The notes beneath the pieces are model-generated. The model was not told the DNA's origin, searched no databases, and worked only from the letters and a program-made list of their open reading frames with translations. From assembly GCA_951406725.2 (NCBI GenBank), contig OX597822.1, forward strand, positions 43,544,001-43,668,000: a stretch of 124,000 nucleotides of DNA, in the 5' to 3' direction. This DNA is from Octopus vulgaris. Lineage: Eukaryota. How positions within the stretch are numbered: position 1 is the stretch's first letter; each line of letters opens with the position of its first letter. Position numbers and translations under genes: made by a program. Positions 15,544 to 29,977 of this stretch are shown here, in pieces.

Positions 15544-15975
15544 AGCAGGGAGATATTTAACTCCGGACAGCATCCCCCTAGACAATAAAAAAAATCAATG
15601 AACCCGCAAAACCACACACACAACTGACTGCAATAGACACAGACAATAAAAAATTAATGGATTACATTGCATCCAACACGGACATCTGTGAATATGACTT
15701 TAAGACAAACAATAATACGCGCACCACACCACCGAAACACATAAGAATTGTACACATAACACAAACACAACACCATACACTGAAAACAATATTTTCAAAT
15801 GCGGTAGGCGGGTTTCAACGATACCTCTCCAAAAAACTATACAAACACCTCATCAAAGACACTACAAAAGAAGAAGAAAAAAAATGAAACTTTCGAAATG
15901 AGTAAGTGACCTCCCCTCTTGCCTCTTGTCTCTTCCAATGTAGTGTGTGAAACGCAATTTTCGTAAACGTCAATT

Positions 15976-18900
15976 ATGCTTAAATTAGGTTGTGTGAATG
16001 TGCGTGGCTTGGCGTCGGCTTGGAAGCAAGGTTACCTTCTAAACGACATGAAGTCACTGAACGTGGATATAGTAGCTATCAGTGAAACTAGACTCAGCAA
16101 GCCGCGGGCCCTCGCGTCCATGTTTGGCGATCAATTTGACATTTATTTTTCTCCTTGTCTGCCGAACATGGGTGGTGGAGGTACCGCGGTGCTTTTTTGA
16201 AAGAGTCTAAATGTAAAAGTAAGAACAATATTCCTAGACCCGGAGGGTAGGCTGGTTGTCTTGGACGTGGATGGCAGAAATGGGTGTGCATTCCGTCTGA
16301 TGGCAGTTTATGCACCGCCCTTAACGGGTCGGGCGGATTTCTTCAGACGTCTAGAGGTTTCCTGGGTACGTCTAGACCTTTACTGTTAGTAGGGGATTGG
16401 AACGCTAGCTTGGACACGCATCTAGATTATGTGGGAATGGATAGGAATAGAAGGTGGTGTAAGTGCCTCAAAGACCTACTCAGACGTTTCCATTTGTCTG
16501 ACAGGTTCCGACTCGACCATCTGAACGTGCCAACGTGGACTTGGAAAAACCGCGTCGGATCGTCGAGATCTTATCTAGATAGAATTCTATGCAGGGCAGC
16601 GGATAGGGATAGTGTAGGATGTCCACAATTTAAAATAGTCAGCTACATAGATCACAAATTTGTGACGTGTACGCTCGACTTAGATAAGACACATAGACAG
16701 GGTCCCGGTTACTGGAAACTGAACACATCGCTCTTAGCGCGACAGGTTTACAGGAATCGGATTAGCGAGTTAATTAAGAGGGCGCTGACGGGAGCCGTCG
16801 TTAACAACCGCTGGTGGTACGCCCTGAAAATGGCAATAAAATCGGAATCAATTAGGTTTAGCAAGGAATTAGCGATAGATCGAAATAGGGTAGAGGGAGA
16901 CCTGGTTAAGAAACTAGAAGACGCACTTACCACTGGCAGCGCAACCAACGTGCTGGCTGCGAGGATGGCCCTCGACCAACACCTCAACGCCAAGCACGAG
17001 GGTTGGGTTGCGTCGTCAGAGCTAAAATGCGTGCCTTAAGGAACGAAGGGATCGAAGCTGCGCGAGATGCCCGGGTAGCGGAGGCGCAGCGTGGTAACAG
17101 AGCCACCATTCGGTCTCTAATAGATCAACAGGGATGCAGTTTACTCGAACCCGAAAGGATGTGTAAGGCCTTTCAACAACACTTTGCTCGACTGTTTGGC
17201 GCGAGTGGTGGGTCGGAACGCGGGATGGATTTCAGTGCCTACCTGACCGACCTGCCGCGGCTTTCGGCAAGAGAAGCGGAGTGTTGTGAAAGTCACATCA
17301 CAGCTGCTGACGTGCGGGAAGCGATGGCGGGCTGCGTGAGGGATAAGTCACCTGGATTGGATGGTTTACCCTACGAGCTGTATTTTCAAATGCCAGACTT
17401 GTTTGGCGACCTCTTGGCATCAGTCTACTGCAACTGGCAACAAAACGGGAGAATCCCCGGTTTCGTGAGCCGAGGTGCAGTGACGTTGCTGAAGAAAGAC
17501 CCAAACAAGGGGAATTTTATAGATAATTTCAGGTCTATCACTCTGCTCAACGCAGATTTGAAAATTTTGGCCAAAGTAATAGCCGAGAGGTTGGCGCTTG
17601 TCATTGGTAAACTGGTCGACAGGGCGCAAACATGCGCCGTGCCGGGCAGAACCATACATGACAACCTCCATCTGATGCGCTACATTGTGGACAGGGTAGT
17701 TAAGGATCCTGGCATGGGTGGGGCGCTGATCATTTTGGATCAGTCTAAAGGCTTCGATAGGGTCGACCATCGGTACTTGGCGGCCGTCCTCAGGGCGGCT
17801 GGCTTCGGTCCCGTCTTCCGCGGTTGGATCGCTGCCTTGTATAGCGGCATCCGATTGGTGATTCGGGTGAACGGTCACTTGTCGAAACCGTTTGACATCA
17901 CGCGTTCGGTCCGTCAGGGGTGTCCCCTGTCGGCGCTTCTGTATGTATTGACTCTCGAGCCGCTACTACGGAAGCTAATGACACTGAGGGGCATCCCACG
18001 GGAACTGGGTTGCGGGAAGAGCGTGTCGGCATATGCGGACGATGTCACCGTCATAGTGTCGAGCGACAAACACATCCAGATAATAGGCGAGACACTAAAA
18101 AAATACGAAACGGTGACGGGAGCGAAGATTAACCCGGAAAAGTCAGTGGGTTTGCTACTCGGCACCTGGAGAAGCAAGCCATGCCGTCCGACTGCGGCTC
18201 AGTAGTGGGACGCTGGACGGACAAACCGGTTAAATTGCTCGGGGTCTGGTTCAGTCCGAACCTCCAAATGGAGAAGAACTGGGACGAGATCACGAGTAGA
18301 GTGGTCGCTCTCAGCCAAACATGGGCCGAGAGAAAGCTGTCTCTAAAAGGCCGGGCGGAGGTGGCGAACGCGTACATCGCATCCGTCATCGATTACCGCC
18401 TGACCGTCGTACCTTGTCCCGACGCCACCATCACCAAACTGGAACGCATACACTTCCGCTTCCTGTGGAAGGGTGGCGTTCCGATGGTGAGGAAGTCCAT
18501 TTGCTGTTAACATCCATTGAATGGAGGACTGGGCATGCCGTGGTTGATGATGCGCAGGCATGCGCTGAGACTGCGACATCTCTGGAACTTCATCGACGAC
18601 GGTGAACAGGTGTGGGCGCCGTTTGTGAGGCACGCTTTCCCGCAGCTCGTCTCACTGACCGAACTGCAAACGTGGATCAAGAAGAGACCGAAACTGGGCG
18701 ATTGGCACCGAGAGTGTCGCCAAGCTCTACAGCAGCTATGCCGACCGGGGTCAAACTTGTGCAACTTACAAACGACTAAAGCGTTCTATAGAGGACTAGT
18801 GGAGGGGAGGTCCGACGACACACTCGGGGCAAACCTGGGCGTCGACGAGAAATTCCTAACCCGCCTGTTCATGACGACGTTCGGGCCGGGGCCTATGGAT

Positions 18901-19419
18901 AACTTCCAGAAATCCCTGGCTTGGCAGTGCTATCGAGACGCACTACCTCTTCAAGAGAAGAGCTACAGGCACGGTTCGAAAACCATCACAGGACCGACCT
19001 GCCCGAGATGCGGTCAGAGCGACGAAACCGTTCTGCACGCACTCGTGCAGTGTCCAGATATTTCGGAGCTGTGGACCTTCGTCGAACAGCTGTTGTCACG
19101 TGTAGGTCGGGCCCGCCTATCGGCCGAGTCTGTCTTGAGTATTGTTCCACCATCTTCCTTTAAACGGGAAGGGAAAACGGTTTTCGTTACGCTGATGGCT
19201 ATGGCGAAAGAATGTGTGTGGTGGACGCGTTTGAAAGGACTGCAAACAAACACCTTCCTCTCTGGTCAGTCTCTCGTCAACTTTTTCAAGTACCACTTGA
19301 AAAGGAGGATGAGAATAGAGAGGAAGGCTTTGTCGAACGAATGTTCTAATAAAAAGTGGGTAAAAGTGGCAAAAATGGTCAGTATGAAAGACGACACTAT
19401 TATAAGCATAAATCTGTAA
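15976..19419 (+). pseudogene. LINE ORF2 (APE endonuclease, reverse transcriptase, C-terminal zinc finger), broken by stops and frameshifts
   Basis: Motifs GCVNVRGL, ISETRL, VGDWNA, SYLDRIL, GYWKLN, KSPGLDGLPYE, ITLLNADLKIL, SVRQGCPLS, AYADDV and CPRCGQSDETVLHALVQC across ORFs starting at 15976, 16284, 17003, 18181 and 18517. Confidence 0.9.
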
Positions 19420-19535
19420 CCAAAAGAGACAACGAGAAGTAAGGCGACTTACTCATGTGTTGGTTTTCGAACTGTCTGAGGCGACCTTGGTCTTTTTTGT
19501 AGGGTTTTCTTTCCAAGGCTACACCTAAACTGTGA

Positions 19536-19578
<43 letters not shown>

Positions 19579-19725
19579 CCTTTTTATACACCACACAACC
19601 CACAGATCCCTATTGATCAAACGTTTTTTTTTGTGCCCCACCCTTCCCACCTCGAAAAGAAAAAATTCTACATTGTATTTCGTCCATTTTTATTGTGTTT
19701 AGCCCTGTGTGGCTACAATAAAAAG

Positions 19726-19812
<87 letters not shown>

Positions 19813-19854
19813 GTGTGTGTGTGTGTGCGATTATATATATATAAATAAATATAA

Positions 19855-19956
<102 letters not shown>

Positions 19957-20571
19957 CACTGTGTGCTAAGAAGTTTGCTTTACAACCATATGGTTCTTGT
20001 TTCAGTCCCATTTCGTGGCATCTTCGGCGACGTGCCTACCAAAGCCTTGTCACTGTTTATGTGGAAATTATGCGTGCTTGTTGGTATTTTTCGGGTTTTC
20101 AGATCAATGCCTCGGATCTCATCAAGCGTCCAATCAAGCAACCCAAATGTTGGTATGTGTTTTGTTTTATTGGATGCAGAGACTTCTGAAGTCCAAATTT
20201 TCTTTATTCAGCTGTAATATTCTTTAGTGACATGTATTTTGTTACAGGTGCCATATGTATGATATATCTTCATCTACCCCTAGGCACTTGTAACATTCCT
20301 TGTAAAAGATAAAAAATCCATATATATATACATATATAAAAGACAGGATGTGTGTGTGTGTACGTGAATGTAATTTATGCACGTCCACAAATTAGTACGC
20401 ATGTCGCTCCAATTTTAGGAGGACATTCGTCATGAACCTTGATGTATTTTCGTCAGCGAATAGCCGTAAAAATAAATTTTCAACATAAACTTTTAACAAT
20501 TTTGAAGTCGGAAAAATCACCATTGTTTACAAACAGGAGTTAAGTCCCCTTGTAGCGACGAGTAAGTTTGT

Positions 20572-20708
20572 CTACCAAGTCCACTCACAAGGCGTTGGTC
20601 GGCCCGAGGCTATAGTAGAAGACAGTTGCCCTAGGTATCACACTGTGGGACTGAATCCAGAACCATGTGGTTGGTAAGCAAGCTACTTACCACTTTGCCA
20701 CTCCTGCG
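20572..20708 (-). mobile_element. SINE family A head
   Basis: Reverse complement of the family A head. Confidence 0.75.
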
Positions 20709-21295
20709 TCTGAATGTCAAAGCCTGCGAAGATAACTATTCACTCATGGATTACGTAGCAGCGGGAATGGAACATTTGAACATTCATTCTGGAATGATCA
20801 TATTTTTTAGTTGGAGTCTGAAGAGACGTATTTAGAATGGATGTCCAAGAAATCGATGGTATTCTTTGGTAGTGATGTGAATCCGACTTTTAAACCCGTT
20901 TTAATAGAATTTCTTGCCCCCTTGGGTGTATTTAAGAGGGCCGTCACTCTGTTGCAAACACGTTCGTAGGATAATTAGTTCACTTTGTTTCACCGGTCTC
21001 CGAGGTTTTGAAGATGATCACAAGTGGGAAAATGTCCTTCTGATTAATTCTTTGCATAAAAAAATACAAAACAAAAAAAAAACAAAAGAAAAAACAAATA
21101 AGTCAAAAACAACAAGGAAACATCTTTGTCAACAGCATCGTCACCACCAGTTCCCACATAACTAGGGAACACAACAGCAAAAACAACATTAACAATAACT
21201 TGAAAAATATAAATGTTCTTTTATACATTTCTTTCTCGGCGTTTTTTTAAATTTAAATTAATATCTTTGGTTCTCGAAAATTCTTTGACGTCATG

Positions 21296-21336
<41 letters not shown>

Positions 21337-21741
21337 TGAATTCAAGCATATATACATATATGTGTGTGTGTGCATCAAGGTGTGAGTGTGCGTGCAGGTA
21401 TTTGTGTGTGTGTCTATGGATGTGTGCTTGTCTTCATTTTCTTTACCATAATGAGATTGGCTATTTTGTATTTTCTTGTGTGGCATCCAGCAATCGCAAT
21501 TGTAATTGATGGGGCGTTTACAACTATACATCCATCATAACACGGGTTGTTGTACGTGTTTATATACATGCATATATATACATATATATACACACATATA
21601 TATACATCCATCCATATATATATACATATATATAAATACACACACAAACACACAAACACACACACATGCACACACACATATATATATATGTCTGGTTGTG
21701 TGTGTATCTGCAGATATTTTTGCACGTGCGTTTATATGTAA

Positions 21742-21821
<80 letters not shown>

Positions 21822-21903
21822 ATATATATATATGTATGCATATATATATATAAATATATATATGTATATATATACATATATATATAATATAAATATATAT
21901 ATA

Positions 21904-21963
<60 letters not shown>

Positions 21964-22078
21964 ATATATATAACGAGAGCTAGACGTGTACATGCATACA
22001 CACATACATACATCGACGGAGCGAGTGATTACTTTTGTACAAAGGTATCTACATATGTATCTATATATGTATGCATCC

Positions 22079-22119
<41 letters not shown>

Positions 22120-22276
22120 GTGTATGCAATTGCGTAAATGTTTGTGTGCTTATGGCCATCAGTGTTTCCGTCAACGCACGCATGTGTTCATTTGCATGTA
22201 CATCAATGTGTACGGATATCCATGGATCATAGTTAAATACATATATACATATACACACATACACATGCACACAGAC

Positions 22277-22355
<79 letters not shown>

Positions 22356-22453
22356 CATACACATATATACACTAAGTTATTTCCTTGTATGTGACTACTC
22401 GTATAATCACATAAAGACTGTGATACACGCACAGACAAACACACACATACACA

Positions 22454-22535
<82 letters not shown>

Positions 22536-22539
22536 TATA

Positions 22540-22583
<44 letters not shown>

Positions 22584-23925
22584 TATAGATTCATTCACTC
22601 ACACACACATTACAAAGTGAAAAGCAATATTTTGTACGACATTCGGAAGTTTATACGTTTTTTTCTTTCTTCTTTTTCTTTAGAATGTTTAAGACAAAAT
22701 TCTCCTGCTGATTATGTATCCATGGCTAGCTGACTAAAGTAATTTTGAAATGGATGTTTCCACACCTCCGCGCACATTACATACACCTCACATATTCCAC
22801 GCATTCCACGTACATTCCGAATCCTCTATCATACCTCCACATCACACCTCACGCACACGTACACATACACATGTACACAGCTCGTGGCCGCCACACACAG
22901 GCAGCGAACTTGGCACAGTTGCTTAGAGCTGGATAAAATGTTTCGCGTCATTTAGTTCCGACTTTCTCCGCTGTGTGTTCAATCCTGCTCAGGTTCGCTC
23001 TGCCTTTCATTTCATCCTCGCGGTTTCGATAAAATCCGTTCCAAACCTCGCCGGTGTGTTAGTGGAACAGTAAGAATGTTAGGAATTTTGATTCTATTGT
23101 CTCAGCTGTATTGAAGGCGTGTGCTCCAGTGGCTAGATTATTGCACTCTCGATCCTATAGTCGTGGTTTCGATACCCGTGCCAGTCAGTGCTTTGTTTTC
23201 TTCAGCAAAACACTTATTTTCACGGTACTCCAATCCATTCATATATGAAAAAATTCTTGAAATACCTGGGAAATTAGATCCGCGATGGACTGGCGTCACG
23301 TTCAGGGGCGTTAGTGTTGTAATCTTGGACACTGGGTGCAGCTTCAGCTTTTTGGAACAGTCTAAAAGTCTAAAATTCTAAATTCTCTGATTTTATTTCA
23401 AACACTGCCGAGCTTAGTTTCCTTTTCATTTCCTCCTTTCAGCATCCGAAAGATGGCGCCGGTCCGTGGTAGGGTTAGGGTTCGTGGAAGTGGAAGTTGC
23501 GCATGGTACCTTGCGGTATATGTTCCATCTCTACCTTCATACACTGAAACTCACGATTGACTACAGGAATGGTAAGTCTAATCAGTTGCTAGCTAGCTTT
23601 AAACACCGGTAAGTGGTAACTGGGGTACATGTAGCAGGAGTCACTCTCTTGCGAACCTGTCAGGCCCAGGTCTAAGTCATGAAAATACTCCAACCACTCT
23701 CTGCATCTTCCCGATTTACTAGAAAATAAATTACGCATCGTAACCCCAACATCTACGCGGACAAACCTGCTCCCCACACAACCATATATCCTTCGTTTCT
23801 TCACAGCAGTAGCATACTCTTACTCCTGCTCCTCAGTGAGATCCACCGTTGGATCTCACTCATAACTGCAGCCCAAAATTAAGACTATATAATGGTGACA
23901 ATTTACCCATCGCACCCTTGATATG

Positions 23926-23983
<58 letters not shown>

Positions 23984-24071
23984 TATATATGTATATATAT
24001 ATATATATGTGTGTGTGTGTATGCATATATATTTATATATATATATGTATATATATATATAAATAAATATG

Positions 24072-24109
<38 letters not shown>

Positions 24110-24117
<8 letters not shown>

Positions 24118-24740
24118 AAGTAAATAAATGGTACAACGAAGTACCAATATTTACTGGAAAATAGCGATCGTAATAAATACGACGCTATTGTATATCTTCA
24201 CTGCGTATATACTAGCAAAGACGTGTGTGTTCAACAAACATGAAAAAAATTTGTCTCACCTCTAGGAAGAACATCTGAAAAACCTAGAAACGGATAATAC
24301 AGGACCGGTTTCAGACTCTTCAAATACGTTTGACAACGTAGATTTGATTTGTCCACATCAGCTGCATATACCTAGACAAAATTTCAAATGTTGCCACATC
24401 TATGCTAGTACACTCGTCTGAACGCCAAAACGTTAACAGAACGAGAACAGTGAAGAAGTTTCAATGAAAATAGTAATGCAATACGAAAGTATTGCTTTCC
24501 AGTAAAATATAGCCCGTAATGGTAAAATTATACATATAAAAGTAAATAAATGGTACAACGAAGTACCGATATTTACTGGAAAATAGCGATCGTAATAAAT
24601 ACGACGCTATTGTATAGCTTCACTGCGTATACACTAACAAAGACGTGTGTGTGTAAGAAACATGAAAAAAATTTGCCTTACCTCTAGGAAGAACATCTGA
24701 AAAATGAAAAACCTAAAAACGGATAATGCAGGACCGGTTT
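24110..24740 (-). repeat. 422-bp tandem unit (about 1.5 copies) with an HHR-like motif; PLE pLTR-like or retrozyme-like
   Basis: catataaaagtaaataaatggtacaacgaagtacc occurs at 24111 and 24533. The second copy stops at gcaggaccggttt; the left end is in (TA)n. Confidence 0.8.
24297..24367 (-). ncRNA. Type I hammerhead motif with one core substitution (A9U)
   Basis: Minus strand: ATGCAG-CTGATGT-GGAC...GTCT-GAAA-CCGG-TC-CTGTAT; palindromic ACCGGT stem III and GUC site. Confidence 0.55.
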
Positions 24741-24754
24741 ATAACACATTTGCT

Positions 24755-24816
<62 letters not shown>

Positions 24817-25715
24817 TGTGTGTGTGTGTGTGTGTAACATACGTTGATTTGCTGTGGTCTTTTATCAAGGCAAGTTTACACTACGGTAATTTCTGTTTCG
24901 AGAACTCTATTTCTCACCGGGCGGTGTTGAAAGAAAAAAATCCTTATGTTCAGCAGGAATTACGTTGGTTTGAATATAGCAGGTGTCTGGAACAGATAAA
25001 TGAACCGCAAATTTTTATAACGAAATTGATGAAACTGTATTGTGAAGGAAAATCATTAATTTCATCGGAGCACAAAACACACATATATACGTACATACCT
25101 AAGAACTTACACATATACACACCTACAAATGTGTTAGTGTATGTGTCTAATATATGTGAACATATACATTAAAGCACGTATACATACGCGAATAACGCCT
25201 TCATCAGTATCGCCACTTTAATAATAAATCTCTGCATTATTTTCGAATCCGTGGTTATTTTAGTAATAAAACTAATCATCGTAATTATAATAATTATAAT
25301 GGTTATGTTTATAATTATGTATCATATATTACAAATCAATATTTGGGTTATAAAATTGTATTTTTTATTCTAATGTACATAATAATATTGCATTTGTATT
25401 CTTTATGCAATCCCCAAAATTATTGTTTTCCGCATCATGTATTAAGCCTGCTATTTACGGATGTTCCCGGCTGTCGGTTGCACTATGTGTCTGCTTCGGT
25501 GTCCCCGGGGCGACTGGAAGAAGCGTTCAGCGCACGCATCAGAGACGCAGACGTCATTAATGTTAGAGAACATGGGTAATAGTAATGTATGAACACACAC
25601 ATACACACACAAACACGCAAACAATTATATACGTTGTGAAGAAGTGCTCAATATTACATATATATATATATATATATATATGTATAGGCGCATCACTTAT
25701 AAAGTTATATATATA

Positions 25716-25873
25716 TATAGCTTGCTTACCAACCACATGGTTCCGGGTTCAGTCCCACTGCGCGGCACCTTGGGCAAGTGTTTTCTACTAGAGCTTCGGG
25801 CCGACCAAAGCCTTGTGAGTGGATTTGGTAGACGGAAACTGCAAGAACCCCGTCGTATATATATATATAAATA

Positions 25874-25915
<42 letters not shown>

Positions 25916-26140
25916 TGTTTGTGTGTGTGTCTGTGTGTATATGTTTGTGTGTCTGTGTTCGTACGCCCAACATCGCTTGACAACCGATGCAGGTATATTT
26001 ACCTCCCGGTAACTCAGCGGTTCGGCAAAATAGACCGATAGAATAGTACTAGGCTTACAAAGAATAAGTCCTGGGGTCGATTTGCTCGACTGAAGTCGGT
26101 GCTCCAGCATTGCTGCAGTCAAATGACTGAAAGAAGTAAA
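25716..26140 (+). mobile_element. SINE family A
   Basis: Head, internal microsatellite and tail. Confidence 0.85.
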
Positions 26141-26239
26141 AGAAAAACGAATATACCTGCAAAGAAATGTCCGGCACGGCCGCGGTCTGATGACCTCCAG
26201 TACGTAGTTTTTCAAAGCCTGCTACTTACTGTATCGCTC

Positions 26240-26520
26240 TGTTATGCCGAACCAGTAAGTTACAAGGAAGTAAACGCATCAACACCAGTTGTCAAGCATC
26301 CGCACACATACACCCACATACACCCACATACACACACATACACACATACACAGACACAGACACAGACACAAATATTCAGGACGGTTTTCTTTCAGTTTCT
26401 GACAATTTTGTTCGGTCCCGAGGCTATAGTAGAAAACACTTGGCCAAGGTGCAACGCAGTGGGACTGAACTCCGGACAATGTAGTTGGAAAGCAAGCTTA
26501 TTACCACACAGCCACGCGCC
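26240..26520 (-). mobile_element. SINE family A, degenerate
   Basis: Reverse complement of head and part of the tail. Confidence 0.7.
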
Positions 26521-26866
26521 TAAGCTGGAGCAACGTATTTTTTGATGAATGTAGCGACTACATTGTTATTTTTTAAAGTTATTCTATCAGATGGAAAGAC
26601 AAGCACAACACCAAAAAACAACAGTCAACAGCACCATCACCACCATCACCCACATAAGTCGGAAACACCTCAACCACAATAACAATAACAACATCCCTTG
26701 TGAGTTACGGGGACGTGGACACCCCAGCGATGGAGGAGAAGAGAGAGGGCACTTGTGTTTCATGTTCGAGGGTGGTGGAGTTGATGGTGTTAACGTCGGG
26801 TAGTGGTCAAGGCGGTGGTAGTGTTGGTAGTAGTGATGATGTTGGGGGTGGTTTGTACTGGCTGCG

Positions 26867-26953
<87 letters not shown>

Positions 26954-27311
26954 TATATACAAACACAAGTATATTCATCTTTGTCTGTCTGTCTCAGTAC
27001 ACACACATAGACACACACACACACACACACACACATGTATATGTATGTATACGTATATTTATTACGTATAAATAATAAGCAGAAATGAATGTCTAGTTTG
27101 AATGAACACTACATGGGTTTCAACAGCGTGGTTGAATTCAAATATTGAGTCCATTACATAATTTATTAGGCAACATTATGTATATTTGTATTGTTATACG
27201 CCAGCTAGCTCATCGGGTGGTATATTCTACCGACTATTTTGACGAGCACATATACATACAAAAACTTAAACATATATATATATATATATATATATAGGTG
27301 TATATATATAT

Positions 27312-27373
<62 letters not shown>

Positions 27374-27376
<3 letters not shown>

Positions 27377-27590
27377 CAATGGCCTAGTGGTTAGGGCAGC
27401 GGACTTGCGGTTGGAGGATCGCGGTTTCGATTCCCAGACCGGGCGTTGTGTGTGTTTATTGAGCGAAAAACACCTAAAAGCTCCACGAGGCTCCGGCAGG
27501 AGGTGGTGATCCCTGCTGTACTCTTTCACCACTCTAAAGGCGGTGCTCCAGCATGGCCGCAGTCAAATGACTGAAACAAGTACAAAAAAA
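27374..27590 (+). mobile_element. SINE family B head fused to a family A tail end
   Basis: ggcaatggcctagtggttagggcagc...ctctttcaccac joined to taaaggcggtgctccagcatggccgc; the same fusion occurs at 87598. Confidence 0.75.
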
Positions 27591-27734
27591 AAAAAAAAAA
27601 AAAAAAAATATATATATACATACATATACGCCTACATGTGTACATTCATACGTGTATCCATATATGCGGAATAATGTCCATAACTTTCAAAGTGATGCAA
27701 TACTGCATTAAGCAATATATATAACTTTATTCAG

Positions 27735-27892
27735 GCGTAGGAGTAGCTGTAGTAAGTAGCTTGCTTACCAACCAAATGTTTCCGGGTTCACTCCCACTTC
27801 GTGGCACATTGGTCAATTGCCTTCTAATATAGCCTCGGGCCGACTAAAGCATTGTGAGTGGATTTGGTAGACGGAAACTGAAAGAAGCCATC

Positions 27893-27895
<3 letters not shown>
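27735..27895 (+). mobile_element. SINE family A head
   Basis: ggcgtaggagtagctgtagtaagtagcttgc...gaaagaagccatcg. Confidence 0.75.
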
Positions 27896-27961
<66 letters not shown>

Positions 27962-28015
27962 GTGAATGGAAGAAATGGAGTTGAACGAAGATTGTACAGA
28001 ATTCCTTTTATTACA

Positions 28016-28095
28016 TTCTACACATGTTTCAAAGGCCACAATTTTCCAAATTCTGATTAAATAAGGATACCATATTGCAGCTTTCTCTTCAGGAA
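28016..28095 (-). ncRNA. Type I hammerhead motif (inverted arm)
   Basis: Reverse complement of the 29037-29116 motif. Confidence 0.65.
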
Positions 28096-29036
28096 AAACC
28101 AGGAATTACGTTGTCAGAACAAAACAAAACAGAGGCGCAGCAAAGCAATTCGAACGTGGACGCTCCTTAAGAGCCCATGGTTAAACTGTTTATCAATGTA
28201 CGTTGAAATTGGGGGGTTGGTGGGGTCCGACAAAAGGTCCGTTGGAATAATTACAGGTCAGGCCGCGGTCAAATCTAGTAGGTGAGGAATTAATGAGAAC
28301 AAGGCACATATTGTTCGCCAGAGGCCGTTTGGTAAACGGGCTTTTACAGACGGCTTTTCGATGTCCCCATTGGCGGCGTCAAACTTATCTTACATATAAA
28401 TGATACCTAAGACAATTATCACCCTATTAAAATGAAAATAATTTTTGGAAATAATTTTTGAAAAAACTTTTAAAAAAATCTATGAATAACTCTTGCAAGG
28501 GGAAATTACTCCCATTAGGCGATTGGTCGGTTTTTTTTTAGAAGCAAACGCTGGAATTATATATACCCTTATGATTCTTTGACGATGTTAATTTTTAGAC
28601 AAGTAGGCCTAGACGAACACACGAACACAGAATTTTTTCAGCCGCCTGACAGGCCTTTTTCAGCAGTGCTCATTATCTAGCGCCCCTCGCCAACATACGG
28701 CCGCGCACACATAGGCTAGTATACACATACATGCTTTTAGTTAGGTTTTGTCTCGCCCCTAAAATACACCCCGTATTCTTAAAATATTCAGAACATTAGT
28801 TTTGGTCACACAGAACATCTCCACACCCCTTGTTCTCATTAATTCCTCACCTACTAGATTTGACCGCGACCTGACCTGTAATTATTCCAACGGTCCTATT
28901 GTCGGCCCCCACCAACCCCCCGATTTCAACGTACATTGATAAACAGTTTAACCATGGGCTCTTAAGGAGCGTCCTCGTTCGAATTGCTTTGCTGCACCTC
29001 TGTTTTGTTTTGTTCGGACAACGTAATTCCTGGTTT

Positions 29037-29116
29037 TTCCTGAAGAGAAAGCTGCAATATGGTATCCTTATTTAATCAGAATTTGGAAAATTGTGGCCTT
29101 TGAAACATGTGTAGAA
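29037..29116 (+). ncRNA. Type I hammerhead motif
   Basis: TTC-CTGAAGA(29040-46)-GAAAGCTGCAAT...ATTGTGGCCTTT-GAAA-CATGTG-TA-GAA; ACATGT palindrome; distal stem I aattcct/aggaatt. Confidence 0.7.
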
Positions 29117-29331
29117 TGTAATAAAAGGAATTCTGTACAATCTTCGTTCAACTCCATTTCTTCCATTCACTAATTATATTAAACTTCAATTATCCGCACC
29201 AACGCACGGTTGCAACACCAAATGGTCTTATCTCCAACCGTGTTTTTTTCTGCTGTGATTTTTGCTACCCAGGTATCGGTTAAACTTTTGAATAATCTGT
29301 AACAAGAAAATTCATCTTTCCATTTCAACAA

Positions 29332-29372
<41 letters not shown>

Positions 29373-29373
<1 letters not shown>

Positions 29374-29599
29374 TTTATTTAAAGCAGCAGAAAATTCAAC
29401 AAAACCTATTACTCTGAGTTTCCCGTTGCCGTTCATCGGACAGTTTTTACTAGAAAAAACTGTCCGATGAACGGCAACGGGAAACTCAGGGTAACAGGTT
29501 TTGTTGAATTTTCTGCTGCTTTAAATAAAGCATATTACTCTACCACTGGTATTTGAGTACTCTTTTTTCCACCTTGTTTCACATTTATGTGTTTACTCC

Positions 29600-29600
<1 letters not shown>
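29373..29600. mobile_element. Fold-back element: about 77-bp near-perfect inverted arms, each with a CCGA-core HHR-like motif
   Basis: ctttatttaaagcagcagaaaattcaac...cagttttt and its mirror aaaaaactg...ttgaattttctgctgctttaaataaag; the same family occurs at 35545-35790. Confidence 0.75.
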
Positions 29601-29641
<41 letters not shown>

Positions 29642-29744
29642 AATGTATGTATGCATGTATGTAATGTATGTATGTATGTATGTATGCAATGTATGTATGT
29701 ATGTATGCATGTATGTATGTATGTATGTGTGTGTGTGTGTATGT

Positions 29745-29945
29745 TTGTGTGTCTGTGCTTGTCCCTGCAACATCGCTTGACAACCGATGGTGGTGAGTTT
29801 ACATCCCCGTAACTTAGCGGTTCGGCAAAAGAGACCGATAGAATAAGTACTAGGCTTACAAAGAATAAGTCCTGGAGTTGATTTGCTCGACTAAAGGCGA
29901 TGCTCCAGTATGGCCGCAATCAAATGACTGAAACAATAAAAGAAA
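29745..29945 (+). mobile_element. SINE family A tail
   Basis: catcgcttgacaaccgatgg...gactgaaacaataaaaga. Confidence 0.8.
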
Positions 29946-29977
29946 AAGAAATAGCCCTGTCACAAAATTTCTTTCGT

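Larger units (their letters stand above)
13820..19727 (+). mobile_element. Tx1/L1-clade LINE, apparently full length (about 5.9 kb), copy b
   Basis: Starts right after (TATC)n; candidate 5' UTR, ORF1, ORF2 and 3' UTR ending acaataaaaagat followed by (TATC)n. Confidence 0.9.
27957..29330 (+). mobile_element. Non-coding PLE-like element with an inverted partial terminal repeat (about 350-bp arms) carrying HHRs
   Basis: 27957-28303 is the near-exact reverse complement of 28829-29175. A homolog lies at 110800-111668; both ends are in (TA)n. Confidence 0.75.

Noticed and set aside
23455-23915. GC-richer island with aagatggcgccgg (YY1-like), agggttagggtt and a gtgagatcca/tggatctcac hairpin; minus-strand CTGAGGA-GCAG...CTGC
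   Set aside because: Only two telomere-like units, no supportable exon, and the HHR-like core lacks a properly placed GAAA and stems I and III.
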